Assembly (NCBI RefSeq): GCF_026571515.1
Contig: NW_026853809.1
Coordinates: 124,001 to 188,000 of the forward strand
Direction of reading: 5' to 3'
From: Ruditapes philippinarum
Lineage: Eukaryota
Length of the DNA stretch: 64,000 nt
The position numbers were made by a program, and so were the translations under genes. This document shows, piece by piece, positions 39,857 through 52,100 of the stretch (positions within the stretch are counted from its first letter, which is position 1; every line of letters begins with the position of its first letter). The notes under the pieces are model-generated. The model did not search any database. It was not told where the DNA came from and saw only the letters and a program-made list of their open reading frames with translations.

Positions 39857-40362
39857 GTAATCGTTTTGAAAAAAAATCTTTTAAACGCTAACATATACAT
39901 GTAAATAGTGATTTATAATTTGCATTGGTATAGCATGAATATTGTAACATTTGATTGTAAGTATTTTTTTTATCAAATTATAGATGAAATACTTATATAC
40001 ATATATTTACATTATTTTCACTGGTGTCTTTGATGCCTACTTTCTTCAAAATTCAACCAATACTTAAGAAATGAGAAATAAAATGGGAAGCAGTTCTGAG
40101 ATAAAATTGGCGTTCAAATAACTTATAATGATTTAAAACTTACACGTTCAATGCATTTCACATTGTTATTAGATAATGTGACACTATTTTGTCGCAAGCA
40201 CGCACACCACGTTCTGAGTCGTGTATTTCCATACTGATGCATCAATACATTCATAACATACATGTATTCAATAACCAGAGGTTACGAAGCATTATATGAC
40301 CATCTATTAATTGCAAACCTGATGCTCGATATACTGGATGTTATTTAAGGAGATTATTAATA

Positions 40363-43300
40363 ATGGACAGTACAGTAATTTACATCTCAACATTTTTTGA
40401 AAATATTAAAAAGGAAATTGCAGACTCTGTCCCAAAGGATACAACGCTTGTTTTCCTAAAAACCATAAAGTTTCATCTACTTAAGTGTAAGTATTATGTT
40501 ATGTTATATAATTTTTCTGAAGAAGGCATATTGAATTTTTGCGTAAAAAATTTTGACCAAAAATGTGCAATATATGAAAAATGTCATTTTTAAAAAGACA
40601 TCATAAATGAAATTTTATGTCATGTAATTTTGTAATAGAGAACTCTTCAATATCAATAAAAATATTGGAGTTGGCACAAATTTTGCAAAATTACATAAAA
40701 TTTTATTGCTTGTCATAACCAAAGGAATCAACCTACCTCGTCTGCAATGTTTGACTCCGGCTTGATTAGGAGAATGTGCTTAGAACTAAGAAACGTGATA
40801 TCTGTTGAGTGTTGACTCGATTATCAATGTACATCAGAAAATTTAATTTACCTCAAGATGAGATATAATATATTTTATTCGTTAGACGCAATCTCTTGGT
40901 TTATATTAGATTCAGATGCATATATTTGATATGAAAATAGTGTGTTTATTACCCTTTTTGCCTTGTGAACGAATGAAATAATTTCATATTTTGTTGAATG
41001 TGTCAAAATATGCAAAATAACCATTAATACATAAGTTAAAGGACAAAATTGCCATGTAACTTATAAATTTAATCTTATCTTATAATAAATACAGAGCAAT
41101 AAAGTATCGTATAAAGCATAACATTAATGTGATTATGAATATATCCCTTAAGAGCCCGTTACATTTAGCACTACTTTCTTCAGGTGATTATTATCTAAAA
41201 TACTCTAAACAATATATAGATCACATGTTTGCTCTTTCTGACGAAGAAAAGATATCCTTGTAAATAAGTTCTGAGGCTTAATATGCTATTAAACAATTCT
41301 AAACACTCTTTATTTAGAAATAAGTTAGCATATCTACTTGACATTAAAACGGGTGACAAACTATGACATTCATAAATCAAATACGATTTTTTTGTAAATA
41401 AGTGTTTTTTTTATCTATTCTAGATGAAGTTCCTGAGCTGGAAGACAAGGTTTTTGCAAGCAAGATAGAAGTTATGTTTGTAGATTTACCAGTGTTAGCA
41501 AAATACAGGAAGAATCTGGTTAATCTAAAATGGGCACACACCGCATGGAATGGTTCGTCATTTATTTTATAACAACTAATGTGTGTCCATAATAGATTCA
41601 ACTGTGATACTCTGCTTATTTATAATCTTTTGAAGAAGGAGGAAAAGAATAAAAGAGAACTTTTTAAATATTCGTCTTCGACTTCATATAATTACACAGT
41701 TAAAACCATGAGATAAATATTTCATTTGTATATTTGCACCCTCAATAAGTAAATCTTTGATAAAATAATGGTAGTATTTGCCTTATTCTTATTTGCATTT
41801 CAAATACATCTTATTGCGAAAGAAATTTTTATCGCATGTGGGTCAATTAATTAAGTTATCATGTCTTACAGGAGTGGATATTCTAATGAAAACATTTGAA
41901 AAGGATGAGGTAAAAGTTTACATACATACAAACATTAAGTAAATTTCCTAGAATTAAAAGGTTAAATAGCTACAGATTCAGAGTGAATTTCTAAGCATTT
42001 AACTTAACAGTTATATAAGCCAATTACTGTGGTAACAAATCATGTTAAATAAAAAGACCAAACCAGTGAATAATTGTATATTCGTAAGTTGAAAACGGTT
42101 GTGTCGTCCTGAACAAATCACTGTTTGTTAGCATCATGAAATTATAACGCTTCGTTTATTTTTTCAGCCCCTACCAAACTTTATTCTTACTAAAACTCCT
42201 GGCTCCCTGAATGCAGAACACATTACAGAGTATGTGATCGGTTATATCATAGCCAAAGAGAGGCTTTTTTTCCAAGCAAGGAAGTCGCAGCAAAAGTCTA
42301 AATGGGAACAGTAAGATTTAGTTTTTTCCTCACATTTTAATTGTTTGTTCCCCACGCAATCATCAAAACAGAATTATAATTTTGCGCAACAGATCACGTT
42401 TCTTTTTACTAAATGTACATTTCCGAATATTTCGATCCTTCTATTGTCACACTATACATCCATGCTATATGTTACATAGTATTTGATGACCAGTTGCTTA
42501 TGATTTATGATATGTCTTTGGTTAAAATACTGTGCAATGAGTTGTTCTATATTTAAAACTTTCTGACTGTCTATTTCCTATTAACTGTGTACATTTAAAT
42601 GTCATTACCATCCGAATTTACGAAAAGTATGCTTACCATTAAACAATTCAGACGCTCATTAAAGATAAAAGATTTACATAGACTTAATCGTTTTAGTTTA
42701 GTTAAACGCGATAGAGTGTTAAAGTGTTTTGTTTTGTGAACATATATATGTTGAATAATAATAATACTTTTTTCTATCTGCCGTACATTTATATGTCATA
42801 TCGGATCAGGTGTTTAACACTTCCAAATAATCCAACAAGATAATTCTTTATTGATTTGATTTTACAGATGATACTAAGTACTACATGCTTGCTTATTTAT
42901 GGTATAAGATATCTACCACTATAGATAGGTAATGCAAGAGTGTTTATTTTGCAGAATGATTTATGCTCAAAGTCGAGTCTTGTCTTCTCTAACAATTGGT
43001 ATTCTAGGTGCAGGAGAAATTGGACTTCATCGTAAGTATCAATGCATTGCTTCAACATTAGTGTTTAAGTTTCCAGAAAATCCCTATTTGCATTAATTTT
43101 AAGATTATATTGAATGTTTTTCTGAAATGAACTATTTTGTGATCTAAAGTCAGTAATGACTGACACAACAATAATATGTACATGCAACTAAATAATGTAT
43201 CCTGACACAATGTCCACTAATGAGATAATAATTAATAAGTGAAAGAACATCGTAACACGAGGTTTTCTGATTTGTACGAGAGGGCGTAGCCCCCGAGTAT

Positions 43301-46300
43301 TAATCAGATTGCAGGGTGTTTTGATTTCATTCTCTTTTGTATCATAGTCAAATCTAAAAACACATTCCCTGTTGTCACAATATGAAACCCCAGAAAAGTA
43401 ACCAATGGACGAGCATCTGAATATGATATTCTATCGTTTTCCCTTTCCCTGCCGTCACAATAAGTAAACACCAGCAAAAATGATAATTTCAACGGGCATG
43501 CTCTGGAGTGCGGATAACTTATACCCTCACTTCAGTTAACGCATTGTACATGTATATGTATACGATTTAACTCCGACTCATTTTCAACAGAAAGGTCCCC
43601 AAACTATGATACAAAGTTAAAATATTTCTTTATTGCAAATTTTAACTTTAATTTAAAAAAATCTGGACAAAATTTGATCCCTCAGAAGCATTAATCACAA
43701 CAAAATTACATGAAAATTGCAGACTCGGTTTGATTAAGACTGTACATAAGGGATAATGAAAAATGGTAACCTTCCTCACGCCCCTAAAGCTGGCTTGAGC
43801 GGCATTGAATTTTCATCACTTAAAAGTGTTGAAATCAACCCTGTTTGTATGGTTAAAACACATATACAATTTTCCTTTAAATTGTTATATTACAACATGA
43901 CCAAATGTTCTATAAGCTGGCATTTCTCATCAGTTATAAACGTTTACAAGAGTTTTGAGTTTTTATAATCAATATATTTTGAATGTATTAAATTTAAGGT
44001 GATATTTTGTTGTTGTTTGAAGAAAAGTAGATTGTTTCCTATGTCTATTTTTGCCTTTTGTTTATTGCCAGTTGCAAAATCATGTAAGGAGTTTAAAATG
44101 AAAGTATGGGGGTTAACGAGGAGGGAACACCCACCAGAAACCCGGAGTCAATACATTGATGTCTATAGGTAATTACTGCTTGCTTTCAATGAAAATAAAT
44201 AATACAATGAGAATCATTTTCTTGGAAATGTTCACTGATTGTTCAAAGGTTTTGGAAATTTCTTGATCGTTCAGATACAATTTAAATGTGAATATGTCGA
44301 CCAGAAAAAACGCTGGTATTCTAATTGCACAAAACTTCAAATTTCATTGAATATGAAAAAATATAATCAAGAAGGAAGGACTGCACTTAAAGCGTCGCCC
44401 ATCACTACCAACCAACACTGGACCACCGGCAAGAAGCCAAGACTGTATGGTTAATATTTCTACCGGGTCATATATATATGTGTGATAATCCAACTTAGTA
44501 TTATAATTATAACAATATATTAAAACCCATTCAATGAGAGCAAATGATAAAGGACTTTAGAGTCCATAACGATTAAAACTAATAAAAAATATAAAATATA
44601 AATAAAATATAACTTGTATCATTCCAGGACAACAAATCAACTTGAGGAATTGCTAGAAAATTGTGATTACATATGTAACATCTTACCAAGCACACCACAG
44701 ACTAAGGACATGTTGTCCGGTAACGTTCTGGAAAACTGCAAAGCAAAGGTAACAAAAGATGCTCTCTAACTAGATTTTGTATCAAACAAATTATGAAATA
44801 CAGAAATACAGAATGTCCTATATGTAATGAATGAACCAGATTGTATGTTGAAAACAAAAACAGTAAAAAATGTTCCATGGCTTACAGATTGATATACACC
44901 AAGCGTTCTCATTACTGTATCGTCAAAATAGCATAACTTAAAAAGGGTTGATATTTATTTATATGGTTTACTGGTGGCTTGGGCTTGTCGGGGGCTGCGT
45001 CCTGTGAAAGTTGCCTTTGCCTTGTTGATCTCTATTCTCGTTTTTTATATGTGTTAACAATTGGTAGGTCAGTTTTACAGTCGTATGTTTTCAGAAAACT
45101 CAAGACATTTGTCCTGATGTCGCTTAAAAAGTTTTAAATAATAAGATAACATTACATGTATCATAGGAAGGACCAATTTGTTACAATATACGTTTGAATT
45201 CATTCTACACTTTCGATTTTGAAGACATCGTCTGAGTCAACAGTGTCATAATATAAAAATGTCTTTTCTCCAAATGTCACTTTAGTCCGTTCCAATTTGT
45301 AATCAGTAATATACTTTTATTAAAATATTCCCAAATGCATACGAAATACGTTTGATAGTTGCCTGCTGATATGTTTGTCAATTATTTCATTTCAGAAAAG
45401 TGTTTTCATCAATGTTGGACGTGGAGATGTCGTAGATGAAGAAAGCATAGTTAAAGCAATTAAGTAAGTTTTCAATTTCCTTTATTAAAACAATGAGTTT
45501 TTCGAAAATAGATTATGTATAGTTCTGAAAACGTGTTGGTAATATCTGATCTGTTTATATTTTTAAATTGATAATAAGATCAATAAAGGGCTGTATCGCC
45601 ATATCGTCCATGAACATGTTTTATTTCACACTTTATGTAATATAACCGATGTACTTTCAACATTTGCAGCACGTGATGTTTCAATATAAATCATAATTGG
45701 GTACAATTTTATCAGCATCCTCTGAGTCGAAACAGCCCATACCAAATCAATATCACACCCTTTACAGCCTTGTTTTCATTTCCAGAGTCCGAAAGGTTCA
45801 TATTTAATCTAAATCACACCTCATACGAATACGCCTCGTCTAATATAGTTTTGACGGTTATGTAATCGTCCACTAGAATTCAGTGTTGTTCTCAACATTC
45901 TATAATAACCTTATAATATCAAACTTGCAACATTTCGATTTGGCCATGTTGTATGATAGTATAGTTGGTCGATAGAACCAGCGGATTTTTTAAAAAATAT
46001 TATATACATTTTTATACCTGTCATGTTAAACAGAAACGTTTCATCGAGAAGTATTATTTAGAACGTCAAGAACTTTTCAACATTTGTCCGACGGATTAAA
46101 TAGAGGGAACATCGTATTATTATTCCAAGGAATGCTAAGGTTAGGTTTAATTTTTCCGTGGCATTGATCTCGGCGATTGAATTTTAATACACCTAAACAA
46201 TGAATCTTATATAAATTAAAGTAATTAGTAAATGACAACGATAAAGAAATAAAAAATGGATACTTTATCTAGAGAGAAGAATGTATACTAGTAATCAATC

Positions 46301-47160
46301 AGTATTATATGAGTCATATTGAGACCCGGTTAAATGATAAACTGATTTCAATGTCTTTTTCAAATGAGTGCTTAGAAATATTTTATCTATGCCACATTGT
46401 TATCATCCTTTTTATCTATCGCTGTTTTTCTTTTTATTATTGATGAAATATGATAAACAAGATCAACAAGGAAAGGCAACCCCCACCCGACCCAGTAACA
46501 AGAGCCAGTGCCAAGGAGCCCAGGAGGACCAAAAAATCGAGCTACATTGATCGCTTTTGAACATTGTTTTGCTTTGACTTTTAACATATATTTGCAAATG
46601 TCTTTAAATCGCTGAACGGAATGTAAGCCAATGCGTTCTTATCTTCAGTAACGGATGGTTAGGTGGAGCAGTCTTAGATGTATTCCATGAAGAACCATTG
46701 CCTTCTTCAAGTTCCCTCTGGAACCTCCCAGGAGTTATTGTGACCCCACATGTTTCCGGTTGGTCCTCAGATGGTTCCGTGAGTAGATTTAAACGCATCG
46801 TATGATACTGTTTTCGTTTTGTTAAAGACAAGATACCATTACTGATATTTCTAATTCATTTGAAAATATACTGTATTTCAGTTACAAAATATAGTAATTG
46901 TGACAAATCATAATAAACAAAATTTGTTTTGGTTAAATGTCTGTTTGATAAAATTCTTTTGCCCTTAAACTATTTTCTTATAGTCAAATACTTAGTTTCT
47001 TTCTAATGTAACATAATGTAGAGTTCATAAAATTGTTCTTTCTTTATTTTCGCTAATATAGCATACCAGCAATCTGTTGGCATGTTTTGTGGACAACTTA
47101 AATCGATATGTGACGGGACAGCCTTTAAAGGGGGCACTAGATTGGTCACAGGGATATTAA
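40363..47160 (+). CDS. 2-hydroxyacid dehydrogenase copy 3 (intact; 341 aa with exon 1b)
   Basis: Exons 40363-40486, 41424-41552, 41872-41909, 42168-42310, 42955-43031, 44072-44168, 44628-44748, 45396-45463, 46649-46778, 47062-47160. GAGEIG, NVGRG, EEP and TPHVSG are intact. Confidence 0.92.
43230..43612 (-). mobile_element. Interspersed element inserted in intron 5 of copy 3, absent in copy 2
   Basis: The copy 2 intron reads aatgagatagtaat-aatgttaacatatttcttta without it. Homologous to 5435-5780; has a subterminal GAGGGCGTAGCCCCCGAG hairpin. Confidence 0.8.
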
Positions 47161-48009
47161 TAAATGGACTTATGTGCTCACTGATTTGAAGTAAAACACT
47201 GTTAACCTTAGTAATACTCCACTGCTGACAATGCAAAGCAAATGATTTATATTGCTATATGTTTCAACCCATTGGACAACAAAATCAAGAGCGGCTTCAT
47301 CTCTGTTCAACAATATTGATTTTTACATTTTACTGTGCATGTATTTTCCAAACCGTTACATATCAGCAATTTATCGATAAATTATTAGGAATGTATTGTT
47401 TTTTCCAAATTTACCACTGACTTTGTATGTAATATTTTATTTAAAACTGGTCTGTACTGCAATTTTTTCATCTGTATGGGTGTTCATTTTTTTTAAACTT
47501 CAATACCATATAATGTTTTATATAATAATCGTGTAAATTTGAGTAATAATATAAACATTGTAGGCTAATATCAGGCTAAAGTAATCATACATTTTCAAGG
47601 GCTTACATTATTTACTATAACCCTCAGAGTTGATCTAATATTTATATTATTATACCGTGCATAATCTAGTAAAACAGTCATTAGAAAAAAAACTGCGTGG
47701 CTTATCTTTAAGTTCAAATTATTTTACAATTTGGCATTGATGGAGGGATTTTTTTGCAACTTGTGAAAACAAAATTTCTCAAAGAATTTTATTATATTGA
47801 AGCAATATCTTTACTGTAAAGCGACATTCTTGTGTACAGTTATTGACGTCATATATCGTTAGCTTTTGATGGCGGTGAATTGCCTGCTTATGTCGTTGTT
47901 TGCATATATCACAGAAAAAATAACAATATTTGAACATGTTACAATATAATTCCCTGCCATTTCAAAATCCTGTATGTTGTTATTAAGGTTGTTACCAAAT
48001 TTAAGTGAA

Positions 48010-48317
48010 ATTTTATATTTGTATATAATTATGCTTCTAAAACAAATTTCAAACATCGAATAATATGTAAAATAAGTACTGCAAATATTTGTCCACATTA
48101 TATGTAATCATTAAAACATATGCATTCATTTCTTATTGAAAAGTGTGTCTCAGACTTTACAGAAATAATTTTTTTAATTACCTCCCTTTAATAGCATGAA
48201 ATGTAAATTCGCTAATATATTTACAAAAAATGCTTTTTGGAACTTACGATATTGATAAATCTTCATTTGAGCATTATATTTATGATATAAATCCATAAAA
48301 AATGTGTCACAGGATCT
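48010..48317. mobile_element. Right part of a TTAA-flanked element, homologous to 60411-60767
   Basis: Collinear with about 60460-60771; ends acaggatct|ttaa. Confidence 0.7.
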
Positions 48318-49166
48318 TTAAGTATAAGTCAGAACAAAAAAGAAACTTCGAACATATCAAAAAGAAAATAATTTTCTTGGAAAAACATTTTTTGCCTCTC
48401 AATAAAAGTAATATTTGCTCGTTTCATAAACAATACTAATTCATACATGTATATATTTGTTAAACAAACGCTTAGTCAGTTTTTTAACTACCAACATTAG
48501 TATATTTATACTGACCAGAACAGTACGGTTAATCAATGTGAAAGTATAGGACAAAAGTAGAATAAAGGACTTCACACTGACCTTCGTATTTTCTTAAAAG
48601 GAGATGGTTCAAAATCTAATGATAAAATTTCATTACTACTTAAAATACTTCATATTTCATATGATAAAACCAAGACCTAAGTTTCAAAATATATGTTTGA
48701 TACAATATTTTTTTATGAATTGTGTATACATAGGCAATATGTCTTTTGAAGGATTTATTGTGTTTAAGTCGTTTAATTGCTACAAGTCAAAGGTGCAATC
48801 TACATTGGACTGAACCTTTATGAAATAAACAGCGTTGAACAAAAGTGATATTTTATTTTGTAAAAGCAACATATTTTTTGATAATACAAAACAAGTAAAC
48901 ATTAAAAGGTATTTGAATAATAAGTTAAGAGTAAGCAAAGTATCCGAATTAATATTTAGGTATAATACAAGTAAAAATCTAACAATGAAATGATTAGTGC
49001 TTGATGTTGTCCGCTTTGCACATGACTTTCCATTGTATCAATAAATGTTCTGCTTCCAGATTATTAAAAAGGACGTACACTGTTTAGCAGAAATTATCAC
49101 ATAAAATGTGTTGTAAGGACAGAACGTAAATATGGCATTATCTCTCAGCAAAGACATCGGACCAGT

Positions 49167-52100
49167 CTATTCTCTATCAACTATCTTTGATATTTCCCCT
49201 GTGTATTTAGGCTCGGCTCCCTTTGCATTTGCCTGAAGAACAAAAATAAATATATTAAATATTGTTAAATAGTTTGTATAAAATTTTAAAAGATCAACTG
49301 TATCAACACTTCTATTTAAAGTTTTGCTTTTTAACAGATAGAATAAAAATACATTAATTTTTTCTAAACAATATATACGTTTTTCCTTTCCATAACACTC
49401 TCTCTACAAAATATACTCCTTGCTACACAAAGTTTACTGTTTGTGTGTGTAAAAAGTGCATTTAAATGTCATGATTGTTAAAGAGTCAAAATAGAATGAA
49501 AACGATGCGGAAGTTAACCTAAATTTAGCGAATCTTTTTTTTTTCGTACAAAATTTATTGATTGTGATTTATTTGCTAGTTACTTAAATCTAAGTCATAC
49601 TCATGTACGAGAACACTAATAAGCCATACTTGATATAGTACCAGCACAACTGCAAACATTATTCTTTACGGGTCAGCTTTGTGACTGATAATGCGCGAGT
49701 TTTTGTTTATTTATATCACGTAATGTTAAAAAGGTTAAGAAACCCCCTCATCTCCAAGAAACTTTTGGACTTGTGAGAGGCTAAAAATGGCCCCAGGTCG
49801 ACGTTAAGGTAACGTGTAACCAAGGTTGAAAAGCCTTTGACTCTATCTCAATCCATTGACAAGTTGCAGCACTTTGAAATTAGTTTTGATGGAAAATTCA
49901 ACGCAAACTAGTGATTTTTTGGAAATTTGAGACCTCCCCTCGTTGCCATGGTAACAGGAAATTTAAGATTGGGTATGTCATTACAATGGTTATGGTCCAG
50001 TTAACATTTGTGCCAAGGTTGAACAGTATGTAAGCCTTTGTTATAGTTTCATAGCAATTTGAGCTTGTAACAGGAGGCTTTTCAACAAAAACAACCATTT
50101 TTAACAAAAAGCTCATGAAGTAATGAGTTAAAGTAAAAAGTATCACAAAAAACGAGCAAGCAATGGAGAATTAAGGAATTTCAGACAACATTCTCGACTT
50201 AGGAGCGTTTGTGTTTTTCCACTTTCCATAATACCTCATCAAGACAAATCTGCGATTTCCAACTATTTGCATTTGTTTTATTGCTCTTTTTTCCTTAATA
50301 AATGCAAAACTCACTTAAAGTGACCATATCCGGAATACTGTTAACATGGGTGTTCTTTAAGACTTTAGTAAAGATTCAGCTGCACAAAAACTTATACAAA
50401 AACCCTAAATGATTTTCATGCAAAATGTTGGTATTTCATCCAAATGTGATTGAATGTTGGTTAATACAAAATGTTAATAATGTGACTTTTTTAATATACA
50501 GATATAAACACTTCAGATGTATACTTCTCATATACTTTTCAACTATTTTTTGTAATCATTTGCGTGTTAATTAAATAGCATGCCGGATTGATAAGGAAAA
50601 CGGCGAATAAACCTCTAATGACATAATTTACCATCATACATTCTTGCACATTATATTTGCACAAATAAAAGTATGCTTTTAAATTTACAATTTACAATAT
50701 TATGTTATTAACATGCAGGAATTTATGAAAAATGAAACAAAGGAAGCATGTGAGGGTGCAATATTGATAATAAGAAAAAAAAAAATAGAAAGAAATATAA
50801 AAAGAAATAAGACGACATTAAAACAGCATTAGAGAAGAAAGCTTAAGAGAAAAATAGAAAGTAGAAATACATGTATCAAATTAATATCATGCAATGATGC
50901 ATCCGTTCAAATAGTGTGTGTGTACTTACAACAAACCCTAAACTGTGCAGACAGTTCAAAACATTGAAAAAACCGGCTTTTGAAACTTCCCACAAGTCGC
51001 CTGATTGGAAGGTAAACTCTTTGGCTAAACCGTAGTCGATACATCCTTTGTTAAAGTTCTCGATATTTGTCATGGCGACAAAGGGAGACATAACCTTCTT
51101 TTGGAACTGGATTGGGCTTTTGCCTGCAGCCTTTAACAGCTTGTTTATCAATCTAAAATTGAAACGTAACATTTTGGTTAAAACAATATTATATCAACAG
51201 AAGGAGATGCTGCTTCTCTGTTTGTTTTGTTTTTACGGCTCACGGACACATTTTAGGTCATACGTCGCCGAAACAGGACATATTATTTGGCAAACCTCGG
51301 GTGTTAAAAACTAAAAGCATCATATCCGCTGGAGCTAAGAGATGCATAGACTCTAGTAATTCGAAACCATTTAGTCGTCTGTTACAATCACTCACGGGAG
51401 CTGTAATTCTGATCCCACAACCTTATAAAGGCAACCCCACAACTACAAAGGGAAAAGTGATGGTAGATGCTTATAGAAGAAATATTGGAAAAGTTTGAAG
51501 ATGTAATTTATAATTTATAACATATATACCTTTTACATCGTTATTTTCACAATAAACTATTAACACATTAATTAACCAAATAAAACCTCACAAAAATTTG
51601 GTTACATTTTTTCAACAGTTAGAAAATAAAAGGTGTCATTTTCCTTTCATGAACTTGATATTATTCAAAACTCAATGCAAATATAAAAGTTTGTTATAGG
51701 ATAACACAGAAAATGAATTCTTAATACCAAGATAATTAAGGATATTCTAAAAAAGGGTTGAAAGTAATACTGTTATCTAGAATAAGATAAGATTTTGTGC
51801 AAACATTTGTAATTGGAATAGACTCTAATAGATTTACAAAAAAGAGTTTTGTTCTCAAAGGTTTGGCAAAATAAAACATTTTGCTAAAAGTGCTAAAATA
51901 AATCCAGATGATGTTAAAACTGATCTTTGCAAAATGTTTTGACGGTATGCTAAAACTGGAAGTAATTAGACTTTGCCACAAGTAGAGAGCAAAGTCGGCA
52001 GTGTAGTCTAGTCAGACCCTAAACTGTTGTCTTCATAACTAAATTTACATTTTAAAATTCCCCAAAATTCCCAATGATATTGAACAGTTACAGCAGGTTA

